Below, in pieces: positions 30,077-40,765 of a DNA stretch of 64,000 bases. Each line of letters starts with the position of its first letter. Position 1 is the first letter of the stretch. This DNA comes from Candidatus Heimdallarchaeota archaeon (lineage in GTDB: Archaea; Asgardarchaeota; Heimdallarchaeia; Heimdallarchaeales; Heimdallarchaeaceae). The stretch lies in contig JAUVXV010000001.1 in the NCBI GenBank assembly GCA_030603365.1, positions 637,037 to 701,036 on the forward strand, written 5' to 3'. The notes under the pieces were generated by a model that was given only the letters and a program-made list of their open reading frames with translations, was not told the origin of the DNA and searched no databases. A program made the position numbers and the translations under genes.

Positions 30077-31667
30077 TTATTGAATAAAAAACTATCTGCA
30101 CTATGTGAATACCAATAGATGTTTCTTCCGTCTCGGTGAAAAATGGCATTGACATATTTTCAGGTTTAGATTCTAAAAAGTAATCATAATAATAATTATC
30201 AAATGTTTCAATAATTGAAAGGTCTGTATAATCCTGTAAAAAGGAATAATAGTCTTCTTTGAAATAGAAAGAAAATCCGTCAAGAAGACCCTCTTGTGAA
30301 TAAGCTAGCCAACCTTCAGTTTCAAAGCTTATGTCTGTTACAGCATAACTTGGAATAACTTTTCTCGTATTATTAGTTATGTAATGAAGCGCTCCATGCC
30401 ATAATAATTGATGAAATCCAGCATTAAATTGATATTCAAGATGGAGACTTACTTGCTTAATGGTGTACAAAGAACTTGTTACTCCAGAAAGAACAAATTC
30501 AAACCCATTAAGCTCATCTTCTATCTGTTCCCAGATACTTTTTACTAATTTTACACCACCAATATAACTATCCCAAATTGGGATTAAAGTTGGTGGTATA
30601 AAAGAGATCCAGGAATCATGAATTGGTGATGATGAATAATAAGTTTCAGTCACATTGTTATAAACTAGAAGGTGGGTATCAAAATCTAAACCTTCATGAT
30701 AAAATAAATATCTCAATCCGAGAGTTTGGTTCATTTGATCAAACCAAAGTTTCCATTCTTCCAATCGTTCCTCTGTAGAAATACTATTGTCATACACTTC
30801 ATAATTCGCAGAGCTATTAGTTATGAACATGTTTTTTTGAGTTTGTACTAACGGAGATAAGATTTCTTCATACCCCTGAAGTGATATAATGAAAACACTA
30901 CTTCTTTCCTCAAAGACAAAGTGCAATGATAGTGAAAGAAGTAATCCTGTTTCTTTATTCCATGTTGCTTTCATGTTTATTGGTGTATCTAGGTTAATAT
31001 CTAGAGATACAGTAAACTCTTCATAATCTTGATTATAAACATTAATAGTAAATGATTCGTTTAGTATAAGACTAGTAAATTCAGCTTCATATCTGTTAAA
31101 ATTGTTTCCAATAATGAAAGGTAAGAAATCAAAATAATTAGAATCCTTTATCAAACTTCCAAAATTAGGTCGAGTGATATTTGTAAAAATATTAGGAATG
31201 TAAATTGTTGAGGCTTCTGGTAATTCAGCTTCTAGAACACTTGCTTCCACAGGATGATAATTAAAACCTATAAGATTGCTAAGAAATTCTCCTCCTGTAT
31301 CGATACTAGCACCAATGGTGTCACCTAGAATGATATAATTTTCATAAGAATAAACTGAAACATCGGTATCTTCAAATTTATCTGATTCTATATAATATAT
31401 CTCCCTTAGTTCTGTTTTCCTATTTTTAACCAGAACATTGAATTGACTACCAGTAAATGAACCATCAATATCAAAACCTAAGATTTCAAACATCTTATTT
31501 AGATTTTCCCCTTGGATAATTTCATAGTTTAGCTGATACCCTTTGTCTTGAAAGCTGATTGTACGGAAATCAACCTCTGAATCTGAATAGATATTGTTGG
31601 GTTTGATAAGAAGAACGAATATTAATATAAATGTCAGACATTTTGTTTTATTTTTCACTCTTATCAC
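30021..31667 (-). CDS. secreted protein with C-terminal membrane anchor
   Basis: Signal peptide; C-terminal TM plus basic tail; overlaps end of the MMPL gene. Confidence 0.7.
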   Translation of the reverse strand: MIRVKNKTKCLTFILIFVLLIKPNNIYSDSEVDFRTISFQDKGYQLNYEIIQGENLNKMFEILGFDIDGSFTGSQFNVLVKNRKTELREIYYIESDKFEDTDVSVYSYENYIILGDTIGASIDTGGEFLSNLIGFNYHPVEASVLEAELPEASTIYIPNIFTNITRPNFGSLIKDSNYFDFLPFIIGNNFNRYEAEFTSLILNESFTINVYNQDYEEFTVSLDINLDTPINMKATWNKETGLLLSLSLHFVFEERSSVFIISLQGYEEILSPLVQTQKNMFITNSSANYEVYDNSISTEERLEEWKLWFDQMNQTLGLRYLFYHEGLDFDTHLLVYNNVTETYYSSSPIHDSWISFIPPTLIPIWDSYIGGVKLVKSIWEQIEDELNGFEFVLSGVTSSLYTIKQVSLHLEYQFNAGFHQLLWHGALHYITNNTRKVIPSYAVTDISFETEGWLAYSQEGLLDGFSFYFKEDYYSFLQDYTDLSIIETFDNYYYDYFLESKPENMSMPFFTETEETSIGIHIVQIVFYSIIAYSYLRRSRKQRGKNEC

Positions 31668-34584
31668 CCTTTTTTACTTTTGATTTGATCTTTTTTTCCT
31701 CTCTGAAGGAAACAACTACAGCAGGAGGGACAATGAATAAACGTGACACAAACACATCGATAAGTATTCCAATACCTAAACCTAAACCTAATTGTTGCAT
31801 ATGGATAGAAGATGTAAAGACCAAGCTTAGGTAGGTAACAGCCATGATTAAGCCAGCAACAGAGATGTTGTTCATTGTTTGATTCACTGCAGATACAATA
31901 GCTTCTTTTGAATCTTGTTTTTCTTCAAAGATGTTCTCAAATATTCCTAAAAATAATACATCAAAATCCAAACCCAATGCTGTTAAAACCGCATATAACA
32001 TTAGAGGAACAATCCAGTATATCTGACCCCCTAAGAATAAAAGTGTAATAATACTGAAGATACCTAAACTAATACCCAGCGACATTAAAATTGTTACTAA
32101 CACCCTTACAGACATTAAGAAATCTCTTAAAAATAGGAGTAGAAGTGAAACTATCGCTAAAGAAGCAAACACAAAAATCAAATTAAAATCAATAATTATA
32201 CCTGTTTTGGAATCATAGAGTACTGGAGCAAATCCTGTAACATAAGTATTCCATTCAGAGATATCTCTTTCTTCAAGTTGTGCTTGGATTGTATCCCTGA
32301 CAGCTTCTATTTGAACGTCAAGTTTTTCATCTCCTTCCATATACTGAGACCCTAAAACTACAATTCCAAAAGCACTATCTGATAGGATATAGTTTTTCAT
32401 TAAGATTTGAATCTCTTCTATAAGAAACAGAGAGCCATTTTCCATGCTCTCATAATATGGCGTTCCTAAAGGATGACTTAATCCTGAATCTATCTTGAGA
32501 TCTGCATCTTTCCGAACTTCTTCAGTAATTGCAAGAACATGATCAATTGATTCAAAATTCAAGCTTTGGTTATCAAATAAGAATGAATCAGTTTCTGTAG
32601 ATTGGAAAAGAATAATTACTTGACTTATTTGTTCAACTCCCATGTGCTCAGTTATAGCATCCATTCCTTGTCGTGAATGATATGTTTGAGGAGCTGTTGA
32701 TATTTGAGCATAATCAGTAGGAACTATAAAGAAAATTACTGCTCCAACAACTGATATAATCAATGCAATTACTAGGATTTTCTTAGGGTTGTGAACAGTC
32801 TTTTTTACATATTTAATAATTGAAAATTTTCTTCCTTTAAACAGTTTAATATTGATTCTCCACTTTGTGAGTATGTCTGCCTTAACTAGAATTAATATGG
32901 CAGGAATTAGGGTTAGTGATACTACCATACTTGTTAGGAAACCTATAGTACCTCCTATTCCTAATCCTGTTGCAGTGGCAAATCTACTTAGGATTAATGC
33001 TCCGAAACCAAACGCTAGTGATAGTGAAGAAATAACAATACTCTTTGAAGTACGTTTTAAGGTGATTTTTAATGCTTCAAGCTTTGATTCTGTTTTTTGA
33101 AGATTGAGGAGATAATCTCCCATTAGGAATACACAATAATCAGTTGTAGCTCCTAAAAGGCTTACACTCAGAATCATTAAACTCGTAGATCCTAACCCAC
33201 CTATACTGGAACCTATCCCTATGAAAATCAAACGTGAAACTCCAAAGGATATTGCTAAGACAAAAATCTGAATTAATGGTAGAATGGGGGAACGGTATAC
33301 CAATAAGAGGATAACAATAATTGAAATTACGACTATGAGATCTGTTTTTTGGAGTTGGGTCTCATAATCCAATGATATTTCAACAATAAAGAAATCAATT
33401 CCCGTTACATAAATCTCTAAAGGTAAGTTTTCTTGTTGCATTTGTGGTAGTATACTAAGCATCTCAAGATATGCAGCTTTACCTTTTTCGTTTAGATGAT
33501 TCAACGCTAAATTAAAAGTTATCAGAGTTGAATCAGTCTCCTCTATACTTAAATTGAAATTTGTATATTGTTTTAGAAAAGTTTTAATTATTTCCTCTGT
33601 TATTGGGGGGATAGTTTGTTCTAATCTTAAAATTGGTAGGAGATACTTATTTTTAGCATCAATAAAGCCTTCAATGTTTCCATCATCATAGACTTCTTGG
33701 ACAAAATCAACATTAGAGGATTCAGTAGAATTAAACAAGAACTCGGTAATCTTCTGATACCCATAAGTTGAATTTTGCCATAAACTTTCATTGAAATTAT
33801 CTGATATAGATAGTAGTAGTTGTTGTTGGCGATAATCTGAAGTGAACTCTTCGAAGAAACTTCTATTACTCCTTATAATGCTCTTTGACAATTCCAGTAC
33901 TTCTTCTTCATTACTAGGAACTGAGCTATTTGCAGCATCTTTGAACACTTCTGAAAAAGAACTAAAGAAATCATTAGCAGTGGATAAGTATCTAGATTCA
34001 TTATAACCATCTAGAACTGTTTTTAAATAATTTTTTGTTAAGGTTTCAGAAATGTCTGTAGAGAGTTCAATATCGTTAGTAACATTATACTGAACTATCC
34101 AAGTGCTGCTAAAACATTCTAAACCACCCCATACGAAATGTATAGAAGAAAAAGCCATTTGTGTTGCAAACCATTGCAAGCTTAAAATCGATCTTAATAG
34201 ATTATCCGCATCATCAAAGAGTGAGGCATAAGGTTTGCTAGGTGATAAAAAAGGACCTATCTTTGGATTGTGTGAGATATTGTAGACCAAACTAGAAATA
34301 ATAGAATGCATTTCATCAGTTAAGATACTTCCATTAGGATTGAATATTAGTATTTGAAACGAACTATTTACTTCACTGAAAGTAGAAAGAATTTCAGTAC
34401 CCACAGAAGATTCAGAAGGTCTAGACGTAGAAAGGTTTGATCCTTCATCCTCAACATAATCAGTGACATTCAATATTTTGTTAATATTTATTGAGACAAG
34501 TAAAGACCAGAATAATATTATGCAAATTGCAAAAACTTTTGGTTTCTTTAACAGTTTGTCCCATATTTCCAAATTAATCAACAA
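31648..34584 (-). CDS. MMPL/RND family transporter
   Basis: YVTG twice, LLVYRSP.LPL, GATTDYCVFL, LGLDFDVL; two TM blocks. Confidence 0.9.
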   Translation of the reverse strand: MLINLEIWDKLLKKPKVFAICIILFWSLLVSININKILNVTDYVEDEGSNLSTSRPSESSVGTEILSTFSEVNSSFQILIFNPNGSILTDEMHSIISSLVYNISHNPKIGPFLSPSKPYASLFDDADNLLRSILSLQWFATQMAFSSIHFVWGGLECFSSTWIVQYNVTNDIELSTDISETLTKNYLKTVLDGYNESRYLSTANDFFSSFSEVFKDAANSSVPSNEEEVLELSKSIIRSNRSFFEEFTSDYRQQQLLLSISDNFNESLWQNSTYGYQKITEFLFNSTESSNVDFVQEVYDDGNIEGFIDAKNKYLLPILRLEQTIPPITEEIIKTFLKQYTNFNLSIEETDSTLITFNLALNHLNEKGKAAYLEMLSILPQMQQENLPLEIYVTGIDFFIVEISLDYETQLQKTDLIVVISIIVILLLVYRSPILPLIQIFVLAISFGVSRLIFIGIGSSIGGLGSTSLMILSVSLLGATTDYCVFLMGDYLLNLQKTESKLEALKITLKRTSKSIVISSLSLAFGFGALILSRFATATGLGIGGTIGFLTSMVVSLTLIPAILILVKADILTKWRINIKLFKGRKFSIIKYVKKTVHNPKKILVIALIISVVGAVIFFIVPTDYAQISTAPQTYHSRQGMDAITEHMGVEQISQVIILFQSTETDSFLFDNQSLNFESIDHVLAITEEVRKDADLKIDSGLSHPLGTPYYESMENGSLFLIEEIQILMKNYILSDSAFGIVVLGSQYMEGDEKLDVQIEAVRDTIQAQLEERDISEWNTYVTGFAPVLYDSKTGIIIDFNLIFVFASLAIVSLLLLFLRDFLMSVRVLVTILMSLGISLGIFSIITLLFLGGQIYWIVPLMLYAVLTALGLDFDVLFLGIFENIFEEKQDSKEAIVSAVNQTMNNISVAGLIMAVTYLSLVFTSSIHMQQLGLGLGIGILIDVFVSRLFIVPPAVVVSFREEKKIKSKVKKGDKSEK

Positions 34585-34792
34585 ATGATTATTTTCATTT
34601 CATATTTATATTTGTATTTCTAATTCCCTTGCTAAAAATTTCATTTACTGAACAGAAGTGCATTTGTATAATTTTTTTTTCTTATTTTTCAATATCTGGT
34701 TTCTTTACCGAGTAATTTAAAAGCAACGGACAATAGATAGCTTAGATGACTTGAGATTTACAATTTAAAACACTATAATAATCTCAGTAAAA

Positions 34793-35494
34793 ATGCTCAT
34801 CGTGAAGAAATTGTGTGTTAAAATGACTGAAGAGGAAAATCTTGAAGAAGATACAGTTGTTGAAGATGAAAGCATCAAGAATCTAGCTATTTCTGCCGAT
34901 AAACCTGTTATTATCCTATCTATGGAATTAATGGCAATGAATCTTAGATTGAATATCGAACATATGACCGAACATTATGAATATGTTCAACAAGTTAGAG
35001 ACAGATTGATGGAAGACATTCAAAATGAAAAGCGAGTGTATATCTTAGCAAGTGGTAGAAGTGCAATGGTGGGACAGATGTTTCAAACCCGTTTGGAGCA
35101 TTTTGGTGTTGAATGTCGATTTATTACTAACACAAGATCTGTTCCAAGAGTAAGAGAAGATGATACAATAATAGTGATAAGTGGTTCTGGAACTACACCC
35201 ATTATAAAAGCGATGTTGGAAACATATTTGGTTTACAATCCTTATGTGATAGTAATAACCAGCTATCCGAGGAGTGTTATAGGCAAATTTGGGGATGTAA
35301 CCGTGAAACTCAAAGGAAGAACTAAATCCGATTTAGAAAGACGAAGCCAAGGTTTGGATAGCACACTAGCACCTGAAGGAACAGCTTTTGAACAAGCAGC
35401 TTTAGCATTTCTAGATGGGATCGTTGCAGAATTAGCTGTGTCGTTGCATAGAGATGAAAAAAGTTTGTTGGAAGAACACAATCAAGGGCTCTAA
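34793..35494 (+). CDS. hxlB: 6-phospho-3-hexuloisomerase (SIS domain)
   Basis: ASGRS.MVG, VISGSGTT, LAPEGTAFE, FLDGIV. Confidence 0.85.
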   Translation: MLIVKKLCVKMTEEENLEEDTVVEDESIKNLAISADKPVIILSMELMAMNLRLNIEHMTEHYEYVQQVRDRLMEDIQNEKRVYILASGRSAMVGQMFQTRLEHFGVECRFITNTRSVPRVREDDTIIVISGSGTTPIIKAMLETYLVYNPYVIVITSYPRSVIGKFGDVTVKLKGRTKSDLERRSQGLDSTLAPEGTAFEQAALAFLDGIVAELAVSLHRDEKSLLEEHNQGL

Positions 35495-35668
35495 TTTCAA
35501 AAAACCCTTTTTAGTCACTAAAATTACCTCAAATTTCCTCTAAGCTAATATGAAATTATAGCAAAGTTTAATAGATTTTCTTCTTAATGAGGACATATAC
35601 CAATCAACAAAAAGGTTTTAAGAAATTACTAAAATCTTATGTAACAAACTTCTGGCGGCAAGGAATAC

Positions 35669-36433
35669 ATGTCAAGCAAACTAACAATCAGAGATATCTT
35701 CAAAGTTGATGGTTCAGGGGTTCCTTACTTAAAACTAGTTATTTATGGTCCTTCACTATCTGGTAAAACATCTATGCTTACAGTATATAATGTTTTAAGG
35801 AAGGTAGAAGATCCAGAAACAATTTACTCTTCCCTAAAGAAAATTGATGATCCAAGTGGTAGAACAATCTTTTATGACCAAAGTACATTCGAACTACCTA
35901 AAGGGCAAGGAGTAAGTGTTCCAAAACTACGTTATCAAGTTTGGACTGTAGCAGGTCAAAAAAGACACTACATACAAAGAAAAGTTGTACTAGAAGGAGC
36001 TGATGGCTTAATTTTCATGTTTGATCCCAGTAAAAATATGTGGGATGATAACGTCGAAAGTTTGACTGAACTTATTTCTCTGAAAGGAGATGTTCTGGGT
36101 AGGTCTCTTCCCTTCCTAGTTGTTTTAAATAAGATTGACTTACCTGCTGAGGAAAGAGTACCAACAGATAAGTTTCTTGATTTACTAATCGAGAAAAAGC
36201 TTGCAAATAATAAAGGCGAAGCTTACATGAGAGTAATCGAAACATCATGTCTTCAGGCAAGAAATGAGTTGATGACTCTTCTAAGAAGTCCAGATATAAA
36301 ATCTAAATTGGATGAATATGGTAGGCTTCAGAAAGGAGCACGACCTTTGAGTGTTCAAAAAGTAGCTCAACCTATCGAACAACTAACAAGAGAAATCGTG
36401 ATTATTAGAATTAAATCTACTAAACCTGAATAG
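35669..36433 (+). CDS. MglA/Arf-like small GTPase
   Basis: GPSLSGKTS, GRTIFYD, WTVAGQ, NKID. Confidence 0.88.
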   Translation: MSSKLTIRDIFKVDGSGVPYLKLVIYGPSLSGKTSMLTVYNVLRKVEDPETIYSSLKKIDDPSGRTIFYDQSTFELPKGQGVSVPKLRYQVWTVAGQKRHYIQRKVVLEGADGLIFMFDPSKNMWDDNVESLTELISLKGDVLGRSLPFLVVLNKIDLPAEERVPTDKFLDLLIEKKLANNKGEAYMRVIETSCLQARNELMTLLRSPDIKSKLDEYGRLQKGARPLSVQKVAQPIEQLTREIVIIRIKSTKPE

Positions 36434-36475
36434 TTAAACCAGAACCTTAAAAACTTCTTTTTATTATTCTAACTC

Positions 36476-37159
36476 GTGAAATTAGATGAAGCTAGTCATT
36501 TGATTCTTTGCCATATATTCAATACAAAGAATGTTGAACTTGATGATTTTACAACTACTAACAAAGAAAGATGTGAAAAAATTCTTAATTCATTGAATTT
36601 TGACTTATCAAGTTTTTTTAAAGAAATTTCTTTCTCAGATAAAACGAAAGGTGAAATAATTCTAAGATTAATAGAGTCAGGAACAGATATTAGAGCTATT
36701 TTTGAGTTTTTAGACTGGAAAGGTTTTGAAATCATTATTTCTACCATTTTTGATAAAATTGGATATACAGTTCAATCAAATTTTCGATACAAAGATGAAT
36801 CTACTAAATATGAAATCGATGTATTGGCATTCAAATTCCCATACCTCTTTGTAATTGATTGCAAGCACTATAAACATCCATCACCAACAGTCATGAAAGA
36901 AGCAGTAATAAAACAGAAAGAAAGAACAGAAGTACTTTTAGAAATGTTTCCTATTTTATATGAAGAACTCATATCAAAGCTACTTCTTCCAATAAAAAGA
37001 CAAATCTATCTCTATCCTTTGATAATTTCTTGGAGAAATCAAGAAGTGCAATTCCATCAAAACATCCCCATTGTTGCTTTTTCAAAACTTTCTGGTTTTT
37101 TGCAAGAAATTGATGAATTTCGATTTAATCTATTCCACCTATCATTAGAATTAGATTGA
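36476..37159 (+). CDS. PD-(D/E)XK nuclease, Mrr/NERD-like
   Basis: WKGFE, EIDVLA...IDCKHY. Confidence 0.8.
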   Translation: MKLDEASHLILCHIFNTKNVELDDFTTTNKERCEKILNSLNFDLSSFFKEISFSDKTKGEIILRLIESGTDIRAIFEFLDWKGFEIIISTIFDKIGYTVQSNFRYKDESTKYEIDVLAFKFPYLFVIDCKHYKHPSPTVMKEAVIKQKERTEVLLEMFPILYEELISKLLLPIKRQIYLYPLIISWRNQEVQFHQNIPIVAFSKLSGFLQEIDEFRFNLFHLSLELD

Positions 37160-37259
37160 TTTTATTCTCACTATTCTTTTTCTTAACTGCATATCTAAAA
37201 AAACTCTTATATTTAAAGCTCTAAATATCTTCTATAGGAAAAGCTATGAGCTGAACTAA

Positions 37260-38882
37260 ATGGCAGTAGAAACTGAAAGTCCCTTTAATATAGTACGCTC
37301 TTTAGTCAAGAAGTTTCTGGGTGAAATGAAAGTCATCAAAATAACTTCAGAAGAACAGGCGAAGGCGAGAGCTGAGGAAATTAAAAGTAATTCTCTAGCT
37401 CCTGGAAAAGCCCAATATTCGGTTTCTGAAGTAGATAACATCATTCGAAATTTCAAGGACAGTTATGTGGGTCTTTTACGAGATATACACCTGATGATTG
37501 TTACAGAGAGTACTTCTAAAATTAGACAAGGTATCGAACAGGGATACATCAATGCAAAACTCATTACTCAAGAGATGCTTGATGAACTTGAAAAGCTCAG
37601 GATAGAAGTTGCTAAAATACCTGGTCTTGAAACTAAAATTCAAGATGATGCTCTAAAAATAGATGAACTAAATGATTTAATTGGTAATCTAAAAGCAGAG
37701 ACGATATCTATACAAAACGAATTAACCGATTTACAATCTGTTCTCAAGAGTAAAGATCAAGTGATTGGAGAATTATCAGAAAAAGCAACAACTGTTGGTG
37801 TTGACCATACCATTATTGAGGCAAGAGATCAAGTGATAATGGATAAAGATAGAGCAATTCACCAACTTAGTCTGGAGAAGAATAACCTTCAATCTGAATT
37901 CAATAGAGTAAAAATTGAAAGAGATGCTATGAGTAAGCATGTTGAAGAAATGGAAACAAGATTTAAGTCCATGTCATCAGAAGCTCTTTCTAAGGAAGAT
38001 TCCCTTTTTGAAGATATTCAGAAGCAATTAGATAATGCTCGACAAACTATCTTTAATTTAAGAAATCAAGTTGCTGAACATGAAGATACAGTTAGAAATC
38101 AGAAAATTGATATTCAACAGAAATCTTCACAAATTGATACTTTAAAGAAAGAAATTCAAGATTCTCAAGAAAGAGATGAAGATACCGAGCAAGTAGGAGA
38201 ACTAAGGCAACAGCTAAATCAAAAGGATAGTGATATGGAACGATTAGCTGAAACAATGGTTGATTTTCAACAAGACATTAGTGGAAAGGAGCAAGAGCTT
38301 CATAAGCTTCAAACACAAGCTGATGAAATGATCTTACATTTCGCTGAGAAAGAAGCTGTAATTAAGGAATTTAGAGATCTTGCTGAAAAAGCTGATGTTG
38401 AGAGAGAGAAAGTTGAAGAACAAATTCTAGAAAAACAAGATTCTATTGAAGATCTAAAAGCTAGATTAGAAGAATCTCAAAAGGAACTAACAACTACAAA
38501 GAGTACTCTAGAAACAATGGAAAAACAAGGTACAATCTCTTCAGAAGAAAAATATCAATATGAGTTGAATATTCAAAGGTTAAAGAAGAAAATTGATACA
38601 CTGAATAAATCTCTGAAATCTGTAGAAGCTTTCTTAAATACTGATCCTAAGTATCGTATACTTTATCTTCTAAATGATTTTCAACGACCATTGGCTAAGG
38701 AAGAATTGTCAAAAATACTTAATGTTCCTGAAGAAGTTGCTTCAAAATATGTGTTTGAATTGGACTACTTTGGTTACATCAAACAAAACATCGAATCTGG
38801 GAAAACTTTTATTGAATCAACTGCTCTTTTAACCCCTCCTCTTTCTTATGAAGAGGAAGAAGAAGAGACTATAAAAGGATAA
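37260..38882 (+). CDS. long coiled-coil protein with C-terminal winged helix
   Basis: ~350 aa of heptads; DPKYRILYLL...EELSKILNV...ELDYFGYI. Confidence 0.75.
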   Translation: MAVETESPFNIVRSLVKKFLGEMKVIKITSEEQAKARAEEIKSNSLAPGKAQYSVSEVDNIIRNFKDSYVGLLRDIHLMIVTESTSKIRQGIEQGYINAKLITQEMLDELEKLRIEVAKIPGLETKIQDDALKIDELNDLIGNLKAETISIQNELTDLQSVLKSKDQVIGELSEKATTVGVDHTIIEARDQVIMDKDRAIHQLSLEKNNLQSEFNRVKIERDAMSKHVEEMETRFKSMSSEALSKEDSLFEDIQKQLDNARQTIFNLRNQVAEHEDTVRNQKIDIQQKSSQIDTLKKEIQDSQERDEDTEQVGELRQQLNQKDSDMERLAETMVDFQQDISGKEQELHKLQTQADEMILHFAEKEAVIKEFRDLAEKADVEREKVEEQILEKQDSIEDLKARLEESQKELTTTKSTLETMEKQGTISSEEKYQYELNIQRLKKKIDTLNKSLKSVEAFLNTDPKYRILYLLNDFQRPLAKEELSKILNVPEEVASKYVFELDYFGYIKQNIESGKTFIESTALLTPPLSYEEEEEETIKG

Positions 38883-38911
38883 TTTCCCTTCTTTTATTCT
38901 TCTTATAGGTA

Positions 38912-39457
38912 GTGATGAAAATGTCTGATTTAGAGGAAGAAGAAGTTACACTTGAAGAACAAAAACTTGTTGAACGAATAACGAATAGAATTTTGAATAG
39001 TTCTTATATCAGAAATTTACGTTTACGTATCTCAAGTGAGAAAAAAATTGCTGTTTTTGTTGATGGACCAAATTTTCTTAGGAAGGTAAATAATAGACAA
39101 ATTAAACTGGATGTAATTGATGAAAAAATCAAACATCTGGGAACCACAGTTTTAAGAAAAGTATTTCTCAATGAATATGCATCAGATAGTCTAATCAAAG
39201 CTATAACAAATAGTGGTTACGAACCAGTAGTTAGTCCTCATGACCTTTATGTTATAATGTCTATAGAAATTATCAAAACCATAGAAAAAAGAATTAGACC
39301 AGACGTTATCTTAATTGCATCAAGACATGCCAAAATCTCTCCAATTTTATTAAAAATAAAAGAAAAAGGATTAGAAACCATTGTAATAGGTTTTGAACCA
39401 GGTTTTAGTGTTGCCATTAGAAAAACAGCAGATATTGTTTTAACAATTGGACAATAA
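38912..39457 (+). CDS. NYN-domain protein (archaeal TIGR00288-like)
   Basis: AVFVDGPNFLRK, IGFEPGFSVA; later acidic residues look degenerate. Confidence 0.85.
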   Translation: MMKMSDLEEEEVTLEEQKLVERITNRILNSSYIRNLRLRISSEKKIAVFVDGPNFLRKVNNRQIKLDVIDEKIKHLGTTVLRKVFLNEYASDSLIKAITNSGYEPVVSPHDLYVIMSIEIIKTIEKRIRPDVILIASRHAKISPILLKIKEKGLETIVIGFEPGFSVAIRKTADIVLTIGQ

Positions 39458-40687
39458 TTAAACTAGATCAGATATGCTCTCCAATCTTACATGAGTTTCT
39501 TTTTGTTCAAATCTCTTCAATAAGTAGGTGTCAGCTAGAGTTTTTAATTCATCCCTCAATCTGTAAAATGCTTTCCTTTTTACAGTTTTTTTAGTCACAT
39601 ATTTTCTCTCCTGTAGCAGTTTCAGATGATGAGATGCTGAGGTTTTCTGTATTCCTAGATTATTTACAATATCGTCATAAGAAATGCCAAAATCATAAGC
39701 TGTTGATTTCATAGCAATTAATGAAAGTACAAAAGTTTGGGTATTATCATTTAGGGTAACAAGATCAAAGAATTCTTTGTTTACATCTATAGCGAGAAAT
39801 GAAGTTATATCATCAACAAGTGAGGTGGAAGCTATATCTAGACCATTATAGAAGCATTCCTCACAAACCCTAGAACAAATCTTGATGGCATTGATTAGAC
39901 TACCACTTGCATTCTTTGAAATGTTTTTTAGAATTTCAAGTGAAAAGGGGTTCTGAATTTGCTTGTTTTTTGTTAGTTTTAAACTCAGTATCTCAAGTAT
40001 TTCATCTTCTTTTAAGGGATTGATTTTTTGACTTGGTACCATGTGATTAATCAAATCATATTCAGAAAAAGATAACTGGTTTTTCAGTCTAGTCCATCCT
40101 GCTTGAGAAAAAGTAAATACTATGGGTGTATTTGGAAAATCTCGATCAATAATGTATCTAAAATCTTCAAAAAACTCAGTCAAAAAATCTGCATGGTCTA
40201 TTATTATAAGTGAAATAGCATCTCCCTCAACACTCTGACTTCCTATGAAATTCCTGAAATTTTGGAATGTTTTTGCAATGGAATATTGATTGTCCTCAAA
40301 TTCAACCAAATCATATGCATCAGCATATACTGCATTTGCTAATTCTTTATGAAACTTAATTAGATACTGATGAACAAGTGATATCAGGGTACTCATTCCT
40401 GATTGGCTTGAACCATACAGAACTCCATCCATAATGACATTGTGGTCCTTTTTATTTTTATTATTCTTTTCTTTAAAACTGTTGTAAACCTTGTTGATAT
40501 ATTTTATAACAACCCTAAATCTCGATTCAATACATTCTTCTTTTTGTAGTTCATCAATAGTTGTTTCAAGAAATGGATTGGCATCAAAACCAAAAGAAAC
40601 AAAAGGATCTTGAGGAGTATAAGAACTGCTTTTACTCTCTTCTATCGCTTCTTTAGCCAATTTCTCGAATTTATCCATTAGTACCAC
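39458..40687 (-). CDS. degenerate AAA+ ATPase with C-terminal wHTH (Cdc6/Orc1-like architecture)
   Basis: Walker A YGSSQSGMST lacks Lys; Walker B IIIDHAD; lid ASGSLINAIKIC; wHTH SASHHLKLLQERKYV. Confidence 0.75.
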   Translation of the reverse strand: MVLMDKFEKLAKEAIEESKSSSYTPQDPFVSFGFDANPFLETTIDELQKEECIESRFRVVIKYINKVYNSFKEKNNKNKKDHNVIMDGVLYGSSQSGMSTLISLVHQYLIKFHKELANAVYADAYDLVEFEDNQYSIAKTFQNFRNFIGSQSVEGDAISLIIIDHADFLTEFFEDFRYIIDRDFPNTPIVFTFSQAGWTRLKNQLSFSEYDLINHMVPSQKINPLKEDEILEILSLKLTKNKQIQNPFSLEILKNISKNASGSLINAIKICSRVCEECFYNGLDIASTSLVDDITSFLAIDVNKEFFDLVTLNDNTQTFVLSLIAMKSTAYDFGISYDDIVNNLGIQKTSASHHLKLLQERKYVTKKTVKRKAFYRLRDELKTLADTYLLKRFEQKETHVRLESISDLV

Positions 40688-40707
40688 AAAATATTATCCA
40701 GACAACA

Positions 40708-40765
40708 TCTGAATTGTTCGAATATTTGAACTTTTCGTATCATTCGAATAATTCGAATTTTCGGC
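40708..40765. repeat. array of seven TTCGAA-like hexamers at 8-9 bp period
   Basis: TCTGAA 40708, TTCGAA 40717, TTTGAA 40725, TTCGTA 40734, TTCGAA 40743, TTCGAA 40752, TTCGGC 40760. Confidence 0.75.

Noticed and set aside
9172-34584. SREBP-like sterol-sensing system (S1P-like protease, rhomboid, HMGS, MMPL)
   Set aside because: Genes are scattered over 25 kb in separate operons and no membrane-tethered transcription factor is visible.
40708-40765. CRISPR array or canonical ORB origin
   Set aside because: Units are 6 bp with 2-3 bp gaps; no spacers, cas genes or G-string.
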